Numbered from the whole stretch's first letter, positions 38,717 to 52,311 are shown. The stretch is 63,993 nt of DNA, filler included, from Dirinaria sp. TL-2023a (GCA_051941275.1; 3 parts of 3 records of this genome joined end to end with filler, not necessarily neighbours in it), one strand, 5' to 3'. Numbers and translations are program-made. Notes: generated by a model from the letters alone, not told the origin.

Positions 38717-40367
38717 ATGCTGGTATTACGACGGATAGGATATTTCGTCTCTCTGGCTCGACCTCGGAGGTGTCAAAGCTCCCCTGGCGGCCCAAGAGGC
38801 CTCTTGACTTTGGCAATCGAGACTTCCTGGTAGCTTTGTCCGAATTTTTGAGCTGCGGTCCAACTCATATGAAGACTAACCAGTGGGCAGTGACGACACA
38901 TCAGTGGCAGTCCTTGAAAAGCCTATCAAGTCTGAAGCGGTCAACAAAGGTGGAGACCACGCGAATGGAAATTTGGGACTCAATTCAGCATCCTCATCTG
39001 AACATGATGAAAATGAGCACTGGACACCGGAGGATCGGGCCGCTCACAGGTCGCAAGCGATCCTGCATTTCCACAAGAAGATTACTGCAAACAACAGCAA
39101 GTACCAAGGGATTCATCCTATGATCGCTCTGGATTCGCACCAGGTAAACCTAGCAAATCTGGTCCAGGAAGCTCTGCAAAGCTTGCCGCCATTCATACCC
39201 AATCACCATGACACCGCCCTCCCAAGGGGATCTATATCCGTATACGAGCCATCAGGACAACGATTGAAAGGGAAACGAAAACCTGATTTCGTCTCAGTGA
39301 CCCGAGGGCCGGGTATGAGAGCCAGCTTATCGACAGGTTTGGATACTGCAAAAGGTCTAGCAGTAGCATGGCAAGTCCCTTTGGTAGGCGTCCACCACAT
39401 GCAAGCGCACAGCCTGACGCCGAGGCTAGTATCGGCCCTTAAAAGGGACACAATAGCCAAGTCAGCAGATGAAGACAGCACAAAATCCGGCTACGAGCCC
39501 ATGTTTCCATACCTCTCCCTCCTGATATCTGGAGGCCACACCCTAGTCGTACACACAGCCTCCCTAACTTCCCACACCATCCTTGCTACAACAATCGACA
39601 TCGCTGTTGGGGATTGCCTCGACAAATGTGCTCGGGAAATCCTCCCATCTACGGTACTTGCAGCTTCCACCGAAACCATGTATGGCCGGCTCCTCGAGCA
39701 CTTCGTTTTCCCGTCCAGCGTGCCCAAGTATGCCTACATCCCACCTCGCTGCCGCGCCGAAGAATTCGCGCGAAAACCTACCCAGTGGGGCTGGGCGCTT
39801 ACTCCCCCCTTAGCGGTGACGACATCACAAAAGAGTAAAAACAAAGGCATGCAATTCTCATTCACAAGCGTTGGCAGCACAGTCAAGTGTATCGTGGAAG
39901 ATCGGATCAAAGCAAGCGGCATGGCGCCCGACGAGCGTCGAGCATTAGGTCGCCATGTCATGGAAGTCGTTTTCGAGCACTTAGCCAGCAGAGCCGTCAC
40001 GGCTCTCCAGGCCCTTCAAAAATCAGAAGAAACAGAACCAGAACACCACACCCGCGTGCGTACATTAGTAGTAAGCGGCGGCGTAGCGAGCAATGGGTTC
40101 TTGAGACACATCCTCCGCTCATACCTCGATTGCCGCGGCTTCGCGCACGTCGAGCTCCTGTTCCCACCCATCGAGCTGTGTACCGATAATGCGGCGATGA
40201 TTGGGTGGGCGGCTATGGAGATGTATGAGGCCGGTTGGGAAAGCGAGCTTGCCATCCAAGCGGTGCGCAAGTGGTCCCTTGATGCTAATGATGCCGAGGA
40301 CGGTGCTGGTGCTGGCATCCTTGGCTTGGGCGGTTGGAAGAAGAATCATCGCCTTGTTCGTTTGTAG
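38717..40367 (+). CDS. QRI7: Mitochondrial t6A tRNA threonylcarbamoyltransferase (Kae1/TsaD family)
   Basis: Arg-rich presequence from ATG 38717, LAIETSC|DDT across one intron, VTRGPG, VHHMQAH, LLISGGHT, GDCLDK, SGGVASN, CTDNAAMIGW. Confidence 0.92.
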
Positions 40368-41319
40368 ATGTTGCTGCCATATCATCTTAAAATGCACGGA
40401 GTTTAATCTTGCCTTCCTATCACAAGCATGGCAAACCTGCTCTGTGTACCTATGCGGCATTGTAAAAGTCTTCTCACACACACATGCAAGCACACACAAA
40501 AATAGCCTGCTGGCAATTTCCCTACGCATGGTCGCCTCGCTTCTATTTTTCCTTACTGTTTCATTTTTTTTTTGGTTTTGTTTTTTTTTTTTTTTCACTA
40601 CCTTTTGATTAAATTAAAGGATCATGTCGCTGGGCGGCTAATTAATTAAAATCGTGTTTGAAGTAAGCGCGAGACACCCCAAGATCTGGCAAAGCCAGAC
40701 GAGAGATAAAGTAGGCGGGTGATTTGCACACCAAGGATGGTGCGACGAACCCATGAACAAGCCTCACCTTTCTTTTCACCCTCGCTTCACTGCTGATGGT
40801 GACGATGGAGATGATGGTGATGATGATGGTGATGATGATCTTCGCAGGGCACGTACTAGATATAACCATTGCTGTCCACAAGAGCCACCCGCTGATCTAA
40901 TAATACAAAGGGAGCCTACTACTATCTAATTGTACAAGAAAAGGAAATATAATGCCGATCCTCCCAAGCCCAAGCAGAGGAGGAAAGGAAAAAAGAGTTG
41001 GGGGACGAACGCCAGGACCAGACTTTTCTACCTCCCCCCCAGCCTCAAGTCGTTTTACACTAGTGATACATGGATTTATTCTCGTGAGCGCCGTCGTCGT
41101 TCTCTGTGTGCAATGAGCAAAAGCAAAACCCCGATCCTCATCCTTCATGAAGGCTTTTCAGTCGCCCCTTCCCGACCCTTTATCCATTAGGGATTACCCC
41201 CTTACCGAGAGCGCCATGCGAAAGCAGATTCCAACGCCAAAAGAAAGGTGCTCCATGGATGATGTTTCCGACATACAAGTACAAGTAACCGTACCAAAGG
41301 GGTGGAGGATGGGAGATTA

Positions 41320-42219
41320 CTAGTGGGTCGTGACGGCTGTCCCCCGCCCAGGAGGAGCAGCAGTCGCGATGATATGAGAAATGCTAGGGAGGTTTTGGCG
41401 GTGATGGTGTTGCTGTTGCTCCTGTTGCCGCTGCTGTTGCTGCTGCTGGAGAATCTGAGAAGGTGGCTGATACGGACCGGATGCAAGTGAACCATGAGGC
41501 TGGAGCGGATATGGCGGGTTTTGAGCTTGAGGAGATGGAGTGAACGGTATCATTGGCGTTGTCGGCAAAGTATTCGGAGCAAATGACGACGTACTGCCAC
41601 CGGTGCTGCGACGAGAAGAATGGGAAGCAGAATACGGATCGTGCTGCGGTGCGACGTCCGGAAGGAGGGCGCTATTCCCGAGGCCGCTATCCTCAAACCT
41701 GGAGCTTCTATCACGGCGAGCGCTAGAACGACTGGTAGTCTTGAGAACTTTTACACCTTTCTCCATACACTCCGAGGCATTAGATGATGGTGGTGGATGG
41801 CCAGGATGAATGCGATAACTTACTTTACTCTCCACAATCTCCCACTTCTCGTTCATACGGCTGGCTATAATTCGCCACATCTGCTCTCGAAGCTCAACAT
41901 ATAAATGCGCTAGGTCTTCGATCTTCGCTTGATCCCAGTCTTCGGTGCTACGCTGCTTGTCGACGAGACGTTCATGCCGTTTACGGCATGCATTGGCGCT
42001 TTTACCGGGAAAATATGTCTCGGCAATATGCGTCCAGTTCAGGCCTTTCTGCCGAGCTTGCCTAAGCTCAGCGTCGTCTTTGGCAGTCCATGGGCATGCT
42101 GAGCGATTGCCAGCTGTTGGTGATGTTGGCGAGGGCATAGCTGTCACCGGCGAGTTGGTTGGATAAGGTCGAGTACGGTGAATGTTCTTGTTTGAAGATA
42201 CCTTGGGAACCGGGGGCAT
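41320..42219 (-). CDS. Myb/SANT-domain transcription factor with poly-Q tail
   Basis: WTAKDDAEL...LNWTHIA..FPGKSANACRKRHERL; 54-nt intron 41770-41823 restores KWEIVESK|CMEKG. Confidence 0.85.
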   Translation of the reverse strand: MPPVPKVSSNKNIHRTRPYPTNSPVTAMPSPTSPTAGNRSACPWTAKDDAELRQARQKGLNWTHIAETYFPGKSANACRKRHERLVDKQRSTEDWDQAKIEDLAHLYVELREQMWRIIASRMNEKWEIVESKVSYRIHPGHPPPSSNASECMEKGVKVLKTTSRSSARRDRSSRFEDSGLGNSALLPDVAPQHDPYSASHSSRRSTGGSTSSFAPNTLPTTPMIPFTPSPQAQNPPYPLQPHGSLASGPYQPPSQILQQQQQQRQQEQQQHHHRQNLPSISHIIATAAPPGRGTAVTTH

Positions 42220-42836
42220 CTTACTGGGGATGGCGGACTCGTATATGTATTACCATTTGAGGGAAGGGAAGGATCAATTGAGATTGTGGAAGAAACTGTA
42301 ACGGACAGGGAAGGAAAGAGATCAACACTTGAAACAGGTGGGGGCCAGAATATATATTGTATCTTCTTTCGAAGAAGGTTCTGATACGATGGTAGATGCA
42401 GGGTGCATAATCAGGCAAAAGAAGGTGACCACCACAGCAAAGGAGAGTGAACGGATCGGGAAAAGCTTATGATATTTGGGTCAACTATACCTTGTGTTGC
42501 ATCAGAAAGGAAGGGAGGGGTTGTGGGAGAGAGGCGAAGCATATTTACTTATAATTCAGTGCAGGAGCTGGAAATGCGGGTCATCATCATGGTGACCGCG
42601 AGAGTGGTCTGGGTTTTGACGCCAGTTCATAGGATAGTGGGAGGACTTAGTGGGTATTGAAACCTTTCTTTAGAATTGGGATAAGGCTGAAACGGAGTCC
42701 CTCCTGCACGATGAACGGTTAGTCGGTTGCTGTAGCCAGGGGAAGCGCTGCTGACCTATTCCGAGGCCTGCCTCATTGCCCTGCTTTCAGGGTTTGCACA
42801 CAGTACAGTAAGGCCAGGTCAGGTAAGCTTCTGGGT

Positions 42837-42936
42837 NNNNNNNNNNNNNNNNNNNNNNNNNNNNNNNNNNNNNNNNNNNNTTAATTAATTAANNNNNNNN
42901 NNNNNNNNNNNNNNNNNNNNNNNNNNNNNNNNNNNN
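42837..42936. other. Artificial contig linker (N44-TTAATTAATTAA-N44)
   Basis: Same spacer as at 21385. Confidence 0.97.
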
Positions 42937-44232
42937 GTTGGGTAGTGTGTAATAGGATGTGGGTCCAAGAACGCGGCTGGCGGCTTTTGGAAAATATATG
43001 GTTCGAGTGTTTGAGGAGCTTGAGATGGTTGATCGGCTGACTGGCCTAAGATGGATATACGTTGATATGAGCATTGTGTTTCGCGGGGATGTTTTTTGAT
43101 TCCCCCCATCTTACGCTCCCTTCTTTTTTCTTTTTTTCCCTTTCGCTCGCTGAGCTGATGAGGAGACATTGCGTATACCATGGCGATGAAACATATTTAC
43201 TAAGCTAGGGATATCATCACCTGGCTACCTTGTTTGGTTTGTTGTGGTTCCTCCTGCTTGAACTTTTTCTCCCTTTTTTCCTTTTTTTCCCCCCTTTTTC
43301 CTTTTTTTTTTTCGTTGGATTCGCGTTCTAAGTAGGACAGGAAAAGGGGTTTTGTTTTTGAGTTTAATTCCTATTGGCGACTATGAAAGGTATTAAAATG
43401 ATAAGCAGTTTTCGGGATCATCTTGCGGTCGAGCTGGGTCTTTTAGGTTGAAAATCTGATTTTTTCTGTTCTTCTTTTGGGCATATCCTTGGGGATTTGG
43501 GTTATTTGGTTTGGTGTTTTAGATTGAGGGACTGGGAGAGGGAGAGGGAGTTATCTTTGTTAGAGAGGCCAGCTGGATGCTGGATACTTCACATTGAAGA
43601 TGACAGATGACGAAGGGAAGGATATTTTGGGTAGTTAGGGGGCTGCCTGTTACAAAGGATTAGAATGGATGGTCAAAAATGGGGTTGCTGTGAGTATACT
43701 TTGTATAGAAACGCTGATGTAGCCAATTTCGATAAGATCGTTGGCCTGTGTTTGTCATCAGACTTGATTCATTTGGGGAGCTAAGTGTGAAGGCGGATGG
43801 ACTGGTGATGTGAGCCTGCGCTGATGCCTGTTTGATTGCCTTCTTAGAAGTACTAGATGTCAGTGATTCAAACTTGATATATGATTTAGCTAGATTCTTG
43901 TTTACCTTATGTCACTGAACTGAGGTTTGAGGGGTCTGCTCTGAACGAGGTCCTTGATAACACAGTGAGTCTTCCTCCACGCATATGAGTATATGAAACT
44001 TTGACCGTCACATTCTATGTCACTGTGTTGTTCGCTTCTTGAAATTCACACAAGGTAGGCTTGGTGATATGCATGACTGCACTGCCTCACTGGCTTGTTA
44101 TTTATCTTCGTCCTCCAGGAATTCTTCTTCCCCAGTACCTACTCTTTTCCACAATCGCACAATTCTTCTTGAGCGATAAACTCAAACACCTCAGCAGGTT
44201 ATCAAAACTCAAATATCTCTGACCCTATCACC

Positions 44233-44955
44233 ATGCATCTCACCATCTCCTCCCTCGTGCTGGGCCTTGTCGTCATGACAGCCTCAGTCGATGCTTCACC
44301 CACGGACATCAATTTGCCAAGTGGGGCTGGCACATTTATCCCTCCCCGCAAGTCGAAAGTGGTAAGTAGTTCACTTCCTCACTCAGACTGATATGTGCCC
44401 TTTCTGAATCCTCGGCGGCGCTAACCAAACACCAAAAAGCTTTCGGTTGTCCGTGCCGCAGCCTCTTCACAAGTGAAACAGTCCGCCTTCGCGGCCGAAA
44501 TGAGCAAGATTCCACAGGCTAAAGGCCACAACATCCCTTCCGACATCGCCATCATCGCCAACGACGCCCTCTATTCAAGTACAATAGATACAGCCGTCCT
44601 GCCTAGCTGGTTCAACGCCGCACCGTCTACCAACACGGCAATTGCGTCCGCCATTGTATCTGACGTACAGTTGGGAGAGAAGACGAGGGTCGAAGGCGCT
44701 ACCAAGGTCACCACCAATATTGCCGCGGCCGTAGCATCCGCTACGAAAGACGATGCGGCGCCCGTCGGTGGTGCGGCCGCCACCACTGGAACCAAAACTA
44801 GCGATACCACGACTAAGACTTCCACGACGGGGAAAACTACAAGCACCACGACCACTAAATCCAGCAATGCCGGCGGCGCCAGTCAGTCTACCAACGCCAT
44901 CATGGCCGCGGGAGCTGCGGCCGCCGGGGTCCTGGGAATAGCTGCTATGCTTTAG
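44233..44955 (+). CDS. Secreted Thr/Ser-rich GPI-anchored cell-surface protein
   Basis: Signal peptide MHLTISSLVLGLVVMTASVDA, intron 44362-44439, Thr-rich stalk, omega-site-like SNAG and hydrophobic tail AAGVLGIAAML. Confidence 0.85.
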
Positions 44956-46150
44956 GGATCCGATTTGGTCAACCGGAGGTGTGGCTCATGCTCGTATCTT
45001 GGTGAGGGAATACGGCTTTTGATAATCATTTTCTAGTGTGGCAATGGCGATGGCAGTAGCGAGAGAAATTGTACGATATGTTGACTGAACGAATAGCTGC
45101 TACTTTAGCATCTGAGTGGAATTGTTAATGCAGAGTAGCCTTGATCATCACCCACGATTGAACAGAGACGCAGGACATAGCTGGATTGTGACACATGATG
45201 GAAGAAAGAATCAAACCTTTCTGCATACGCACTGCATGTCGTCCGAGAAGAGTTCCTCATGTTCTAAGTACAAGTGGTGAAGAGAAGATAATGATGTACT
45301 CGTAAAGGGCCTTAGGCCGATCTTTCCTCCAGAGCTTTTCCGGATTTGATTAGTAAGCCATCACACAGCCACCAATGACAAACTCCAGTGGCTCAGTGGC
45401 TGAGTGGGTACATTTATGTCCTATCTACCTTAGGTACATGTACCTTATCTAAGAGGCCCATCGCCACTGATTGATGCACTTCTTGAATGGAGCTTCGACA
45501 TAACTTATTGGAACAAATTGGCTTTTCCTGTGATAGACGCATTCTTCAATTATCGTATGACGTTTGATGTCTCTACTACTGATCCATCTGAGGCCGCCGC
45601 GGGTGGTATGCGACCTTCACCTCTTCCGCTCATAAAGCGCCAGCATAGGCTTAACTTTGAATGCCTTGATGCCCCAGCAAGAAGTTAAGTATTGTGATAT
45701 AGAAAGAGACACATTGTGCAAGGTAAAGTTGTTGAACCCTTGTGCGCGATTTCAGAGTCATGCTTGAAGCAATGGAGCCCCGTCGGTCCAAGCTTCTTTC
45801 TTGCGCAGCCATTTCTATGAATACCCGTCAATGCCGTACCATGATATCTCTGGCTTTCGCACATGATTGAATTCATTCCTGTTTATTTCTGTGGCTCAGC
45901 GCGCATGGAGCGTTTCTGATACCTGGCGTGGCGGGAAATTCTCCGTAATGGCGGGCTGTTTCACGTGCTAAACGCGTGCCGTGCTATTTCGAGCGCACGA
46001 TTGGAAGGTTCATGGATTGTTTACGAGGTAGTATAAATCCTCTCCATGTCCTCGAGCACGTTCGGGGTCTGTTCATTTTGCCTGTTTTGCCTGTTAAGCG
46101 TTACACGTGCGAGATCCAATAGATTAAGCCTCCGGAAATTCCCTCGAGAT

Positions 46151-46960
46151 ATGCTACTCAAAGCTCTCTCAGCTGCCTGTCTGGTGGCTCGTTTTCTTAC
46201 TCCCTCTATTGCCACGCCCCTCATGCGCCGCGAAGATGACCTCGGTCTGCACTGGGCCCCCAACTCCGGCTGCGATGGCCCTTCCACGACCGCCATCATG
46301 AATGCTATCGCGGATACCCGGACCCTTTGCACTGCAGGCAACAACGCCTTCAATTCTCCAGACCAAAGGCTTGCCGACTACTTATTTCCTTCGAATCTCA
46401 AACAAATTGGAAAAGGCGTCCTAAGTAACGTCACCTATGCCATCCAGGGACAAGGCGATCTCCACACCAATCCCAAGGGCAATCTCAATCCAATCCAGCT
46501 CTTCTGCACAGATCTAGACAATTATTGCAATTCGCCGGGCCGAGGCAATGACCCTGGCACAGCTACAACCCGCTGGGGGTATGCCCGCCCCAACCAAAAC
46601 CCTCCGCCGGGTTTTGGCTCCTCCAGTGCCCCAGCGCAGATCGTCATATGCCCAGCCATGTTGACACTCCCGCGTACCCCCGCACCATGCTCTCCAAATC
46701 CGGGAACTGCAAACCTAGGGTGGGCATTCCTGAGGACTTTTGTTACGCTTCGGAGCGTGCAGGGCGGATTCGACCGGCTGGGCAGGGACGCGATTGCAGA
46801 TCGAAATCCGGGATTGGAGGGCAGCCATCAATTAAAAGTGGATAAAGGCATCGTGGAGGGGAATACAGATAGTTACGCGCAGTTGGCGACTTGGGCAAAT
46901 GACTTGGGCATAAGCACCAATGGGACGTGGCAGTGTCCGCAAGAGTGGACTGCCAGTTAG
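46151..46960 (+). CDS. Secreted deuterolysin (M35)-like protein lacking HExxH
   Basis: Signal peptide, RR site, FCTDLDNYC, IVICP, PC...LRTFVT (HExxH position), IAD..G, NTDSYAQLA (NADSYA motif). Confidence 0.75.
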   Translation: MLLKALSAACLVARFLTPSIATPLMRREDDLGLHWAPNSGCDGPSTTAIMNAIADTRTLCTAGNNAFNSPDQRLADYLFPSNLKQIGKGVLSNVTYAIQGQGDLHTNPKGNLNPIQLFCTDLDNYCNSPGRGNDPGTATTRWGYARPNQNPPPGFGSSSAPAQIVICPAMLTLPRTPAPCSPNPGTANLGWAFLRTFVTLRSVQGGFDRLGRDAIADRNPGLEGSHQLKVDKGIVEGNTDSYAQLATWANDLGISTNGTWQCPQEWTAS

Positions 46961-49113
46961 CTGTACATCGTTGCCATCGGATATCTCTGAGTACAGTCAT
47001 GGAGATTCGAATACATGAGTTTGTCCATCGTCATATTTGGAGAAATCCTTTTTCTGAGTTTTATATGATGGTGCTAGCGTGCTTTTTCTCCTTCATCTTT
47101 GGCCCTTGTTAATTCAGGCGTCAATTTCCGAGGAATCCGACACCCTCTACGTGATGTGTTCGAGATTGTGAGTCTGCACGTCGCAGAGAACGGAAGCTGA
47201 ACATAAGCGACTAAGATTGCTATGTTTTACTTGATAAACCTTAGCTGTGTACCTTCGTCTAATGTAATAAGCCCATCTTTATCACAATAAATTTAGCCTC
47301 CATAAAGTGTAAGTTTGAAATCCCAGGTCGTTTCTTTACATTGACACTTCGCGAGTGGCGGAGTGCCTATGGGCGAGGTCACCCTCTTGAATTGATACGC
47401 TTATTTTAGTCGATCCAGAAGGTCGAGATGATGAGTCTTTGCTGGAGTCGCGAGGGATGATTGTTTTCTTACTGCTTTGCTGCCTATCTAATTACCGATC
47501 TAATGGATTCGATCGTGGTAGTGCTGACACTTTCATCAGGGTTCACTTCCCCGGAAATACGTAAGCCATGCATCGGTGTAGATGCTAGTGAGTAGTTCAA
47601 GGAGCATTACGGTCAATTGGGAGAAATATGAGAGAGGAACGGAGGATACTTAGTGTAAGACTGAGAGAACTCACCACCACTAACAGAATGCCAAGGATAG
47701 TTTGACGAAAAAGGTTAGACTGTAGCTTAGTCAGTAGACCCCGGGTACCTTATTTACTGCCCACAAAAGTTCTTCCTTTCATTTTAGGCAATTGAGCACA
47801 AATACGCATACAATAGTCCCAATTCACCTCAAATCTGACACATAGACTTGTGGGAGATGAGATGGGTCGGCGGCCTCGGGGCTGTATTGAGTCGTATCCC
47901 ATGACATTCTTGGCGATAGCTCATTGAATCTTGCAACAAGGGAACAGGAGTAATCAATTTCTTTGTTCATTTCCTCGCATTACTTCTACTGTTGTTCATT
48001 ATTGATCAGCGAACCTATCTGTTGCCACGCGATGATCTGAGAATCAAGTATACAAAATGATGCTTTCGGCTTAGTACACAGCTTTTGTAACAACTGGAGG
48101 CCATAAACAACGTAGTCTCCATTGGATATCTCCATTGGGGAATAGGAACAGACTTGTGAGTCACTGCACATTCTCTGGACCAGACTTCAATTCGTTGAGA
48201 CTAAGGAATGTAGATTAAGCATATATTATTCCTCTCATTACTAATGTACCTAATCGCATCAACCAATCTGGATTCCTATAATCATGCCTGCGTCGTGGAA
48301 TCGAGACGAAAAGGTTTGACCCTGCCCATACAAATGCTTACAGGAGCGATTTGTCACTTATAGCTTTAGTCTATGAGCGAAGATTCAGTCAGTATGCTTT
48401 CAATTGCTTAGATTAGCTGGATTCCTATCATGGGGGCGTTTTCCTACTTTGTCACCCCTTTCAGCACCCAGATTCTCTCACCTGAAGAGGTATCGACCTT
48501 CAGAAGCTCCTCGATAGCGGACTTTGGCTCTTAGACGTCTGGTGATTCAATTCACCATCACCCAGTTGTCAAGATAGCTCATAGAATTGGGTGGAGGCAC
48601 ATTGACCATCGTTGCCCGGATGAGCAGAGCATAAGATTCCCCTCAGAAGAGCCTAGTTGGCAAGTCTTCCCACATGGGGTGGGTACTTCTTTGTTTTTGC
48701 TTATGGGACAGGCAGGTCTCCAGCTCCGTGATACCTGATAAATAATTGATAGTCTATCTCATCTCCTCTTTTGAAGTACATGACCTTCTATTCGTTGGAT
48801 AATGATCTCCGTCATTGGTTCAGCAAGAAGCAGATCCTTTCTAAGAGCTTTGTCAGCCGCTCTCATCCCATACCTTTGCCGTGAGATCTATAGTATAGTG
48901 TGTTTCGTCATTCCTCGGTAGCGTGGACTGTTCCACTATACGATGCGATTGTTCCCAGTCTCAACACTGTCAATAATCAAGTGTCAACCTTTGCGAAGAT
49001 TCAAAACCTTTGTTCGCAGGAATCCTTACTATATAGGGGCATGCCCCTTTAAGGACTAGAACACGGTTTTCCACCAATCAATCCCACAAAACGCAAAAAG
49101 AGGACACTTTACC

Positions 49114-49575
49114 ATGTCCGCTAAGACTTTCATTTCCAACCTGCCCATCGTCGATCCCGCCATCCTCGAGCCAGAGGACCGACACTGCAACATCTGCTTT
49201 TTGAATTATCGTGACGCCCATACGTATTACAGCCCCAATGCCAGCAAAGCAGAGGTCCCAGTAAAGCTGCCCTGCAATCACATTTTTGGCGTTGACTGTC
49301 TTGCGACTTGGCTCTCGGAAAACGATAGCTGCCCAGCTTGCCGCTGTACGCTCTACAGTACCACTGAAGACGAGCGCTTTGATAGATCACTACGTGTTTT
49401 CGGCAGCCCAGAGGATTTGCGCGCTCTCATGGCGGTCCTGGAGGCTGTTTCCAGTTATGAGGCGCGCACGGAGGCAAAATACTTTCTGGATGCTGGAGAT
49501 CTAGCGGATCAAATGCAGGGTGGAGCACCGTTCGAAATGCCCAGATCCAGGCAAAGGCGCGCAAGCGGTGCGTGA
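49114..49575 (+). CDS. RING-H2 finger protein
   Basis: CNIC...LPCNHIFGVDCLATWL..NDSCPACR; TATA-like TATATAA at ~49029; 3' end may be extended by splicing. Confidence 0.8.
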   Translation: MSAKTFISNLPIVDPAILEPEDRHCNICFLNYRDAHTYYSPNASKAEVPVKLPCNHIFGVDCLATWLSENDSCPACRCTLYSTTEDERFDRSLRVFGSPEDLRALMAVLEAVSSYEARTEAKYFLDAGDLADQMQGGAPFEMPRSRQRRASGA

Positions 49576-52311
49576 TTATGATATTTCCTTTGCAAATGCT
49601 GACGCTGGCTGTCAGAATTGAAAGCTCGATTGTGGACGGAAGACATCAGCACTGATCGATTAACGCACGATTGCTGCTGGACGCATGTAATTTTTCTCTT
49701 TTATCGCATGCAGACTCCTTTTACACCATTTTAGCCAAGGGCACTCTTAAAGTTAATAAGTATATGAGGATAGTTCTATATCTCAAACTACTATTCCAGG
49801 TTAGGTGCTTACCTTTTGTATAATGTATGCTCTTCGAAAAGGTACCTACTGCCATACGTGAACTCCCTCAATACTGCGCCTTGACGCACTTCAGAACCCG
49901 TGAATAAGCTTCCTTCGCTTACACTTGTCTAAGGGTCAATAAAGCGTTCCTCGCTCTCTGTCTTCAATACCTTGCATCATCTACAGCTTGAAGATCGCTG
50001 AAAGAGATATATAATCTATACTGTCATTGAAAAGGTCCTAAGATTTGTGGGTTGCTGATCTTTGTTATCCACCTCGAATTCAATCTGGCATGATCACTAT
50101 ATAAACACCTTTGTTCTTGCTTAATTATGTTCTTTGGCACCCAAAAATCATCACCAACGTCACAAATTCTCTCTCGTTCACGATACAGCTATTTTATGTC
50201 TTAAAGTATCTCTTACTCATTTACTAGAAGCGCATATATCAAGCCTTATAAAGCATAACGCTCGACTGTTCTGGCTGCTTCCAATATCACACTCAAGAGA
50301 AGTTTTTCTCACTTGACCCCATCTTGACAAACGCAATCAAAGCTTCTCAGGTGGGGAACGAGGTTAGCGACTTCTCTTTCTGAATTTATTTGAAATCCAC
50401 GAGTGCCGCAGTTCAGCTGCTGACTGAGGAGAGTATTGCTGTCACATGACATTTATATTGCAAGCGAGACGAGGTGCACATTCGGAAACACGAGAACCTC
50501 TTATAGCAGAGAGATGTAAACTCTTTGATAAGTTTCAGAAATCTAGGAGCGCAAAATGTTGGATATCACCTCCCAGTCGCTAATTACCATTACAAGCGAA
50601 CCGGTCTCGGGATTTCCCAGAAGCAGAGAAAATCACGCTCGATCTTGGCGATGGAAAACCGGAGACTTCCTGTAGACATTATCTTCTAGGTAAATTGTTT
50701 CTTCGGAGAAGCTATCCTCACTCAATTCTGTTGAATAGAGATTAAAAGCTAACCTTCGAATAGGATAAATCAATGCATACTCAGCATTCGATTTAAGGAA
50801 GCAGAAAGAGATGATTGAGCCGGTGAAGGCGGCGGAGGTCAAACCTGTCCAAAACGTGGCACTGACCGTTTGTCGCTCGGTATGAGGCGGATCGACTCGC
50901 GGCAACGCAAAATTCAATACTCGATAAATTCATATTGGAATCGATCCGAACGTGTTTTAATGCTGACATGTCCTTAGATCAGTTGAAAGCACTGAGCGCC
51001 GCCGGAATCTGCATCGATTTGTAGTAAATTGTTCTGAACAGGATTGATAAAGGATATAGTTTCGTCTCCAGCTGTGCAGATTGGTACATCTCCAGCTCGG
51101 CACCAGACCAAGTAAGCCAAACCCTCAGAATCCGGTTTTAGATAGAATAGAACAGACTTTGCCGATACCTTTGGAACCAGATCAGTGTCTCGAGAACCAG
51201 GCACATATTGAAACAGCTTTTGTCGGAGCCAGAGAATCTTTACGCGAGCGTAGGCAGAGCTGTCGAAGCAACACAGACGGGATCAGCATCAATTTGCCGT
51301 CTTGCCGACATGTAACCCTCTACCTACGCGGCGGATGAATGCTTTTAAATGGGGCCCATTCGAGGAAACCTGGAACTATGGTGAGAAGGCTCTATGAATA
51401 TCCTCAATTAGTCATCTCAATAGCTATCAAATACATTAAGAAAGCTCACACAATCCTCAGTATTATCTCATCGCACTCTAGCATACATTATCCAGATGAC
51501 ACCGTACCTAGCTCAGCTAACTCCATATAAGCGAAATTAATTCATCTATATGAGTATACGATGTAGTAAGGCGTAAGGATAAAGAGGCCCTGGTATCAGA
51601 TATTTGTGTTTCCCTCTCCCGAACTAGGCCTTCCGTGCATCCCGCCTTTCTATCAATTTCTAAGAAGTACTGTAAGACAGCAAATATCTTGCACATTGCA
51701 CCGAAAGAGGACACCTCTTTTGGTGAATGATTATTGCTGTATTTGTTGACTTTTTCTGTCCGACAAGTACGTAAGCTAAGTCCTCATTGAATTGAAACAA
51801 AAGCCGAGTGAAAGCGAGAACCATTCTCGGCGCACAGGAATGAGATAGCGCATCGTATCACGAGCAAAACTCCACAGGAAAAGGTAGGGAAAATCGGGCA
51901 AAAAATTTGGCCTTTGGCTTTTTCGTAGCTAAGATACTTATTCCCCGCCGGTAGGCAACGCGAACACTCCCGCTTCTCTATGCTCTAAAGTAAGTCTAAC
52001 GAATTGAGAAAACCAATGTTTGCTAAGTTGAGTCGGAAGCTTGAACCAGCCACCAAAGACCCACCACAGCCAACACAAACCCAAAAAATAGCACCCGGCA
52101 AGAAAACCTCTCAAATTTGGTGCGAAGTGTTGCCCGACAGGCAAGCGCTCCCCAAACAAACCCTTTGTCATTGCTCGACCGGGATATTGACTGGCGATTT
52201 TGCGCCTGATGGCTGACTGTCGAACGTCTAGTGTCTGAGTGCCGTCGGATCGGGTCTCCATTGAGCTATCTCGAGGACGGCCCCGTCTTTGGGAGGGTCT
52301 TATTGCGGCTG

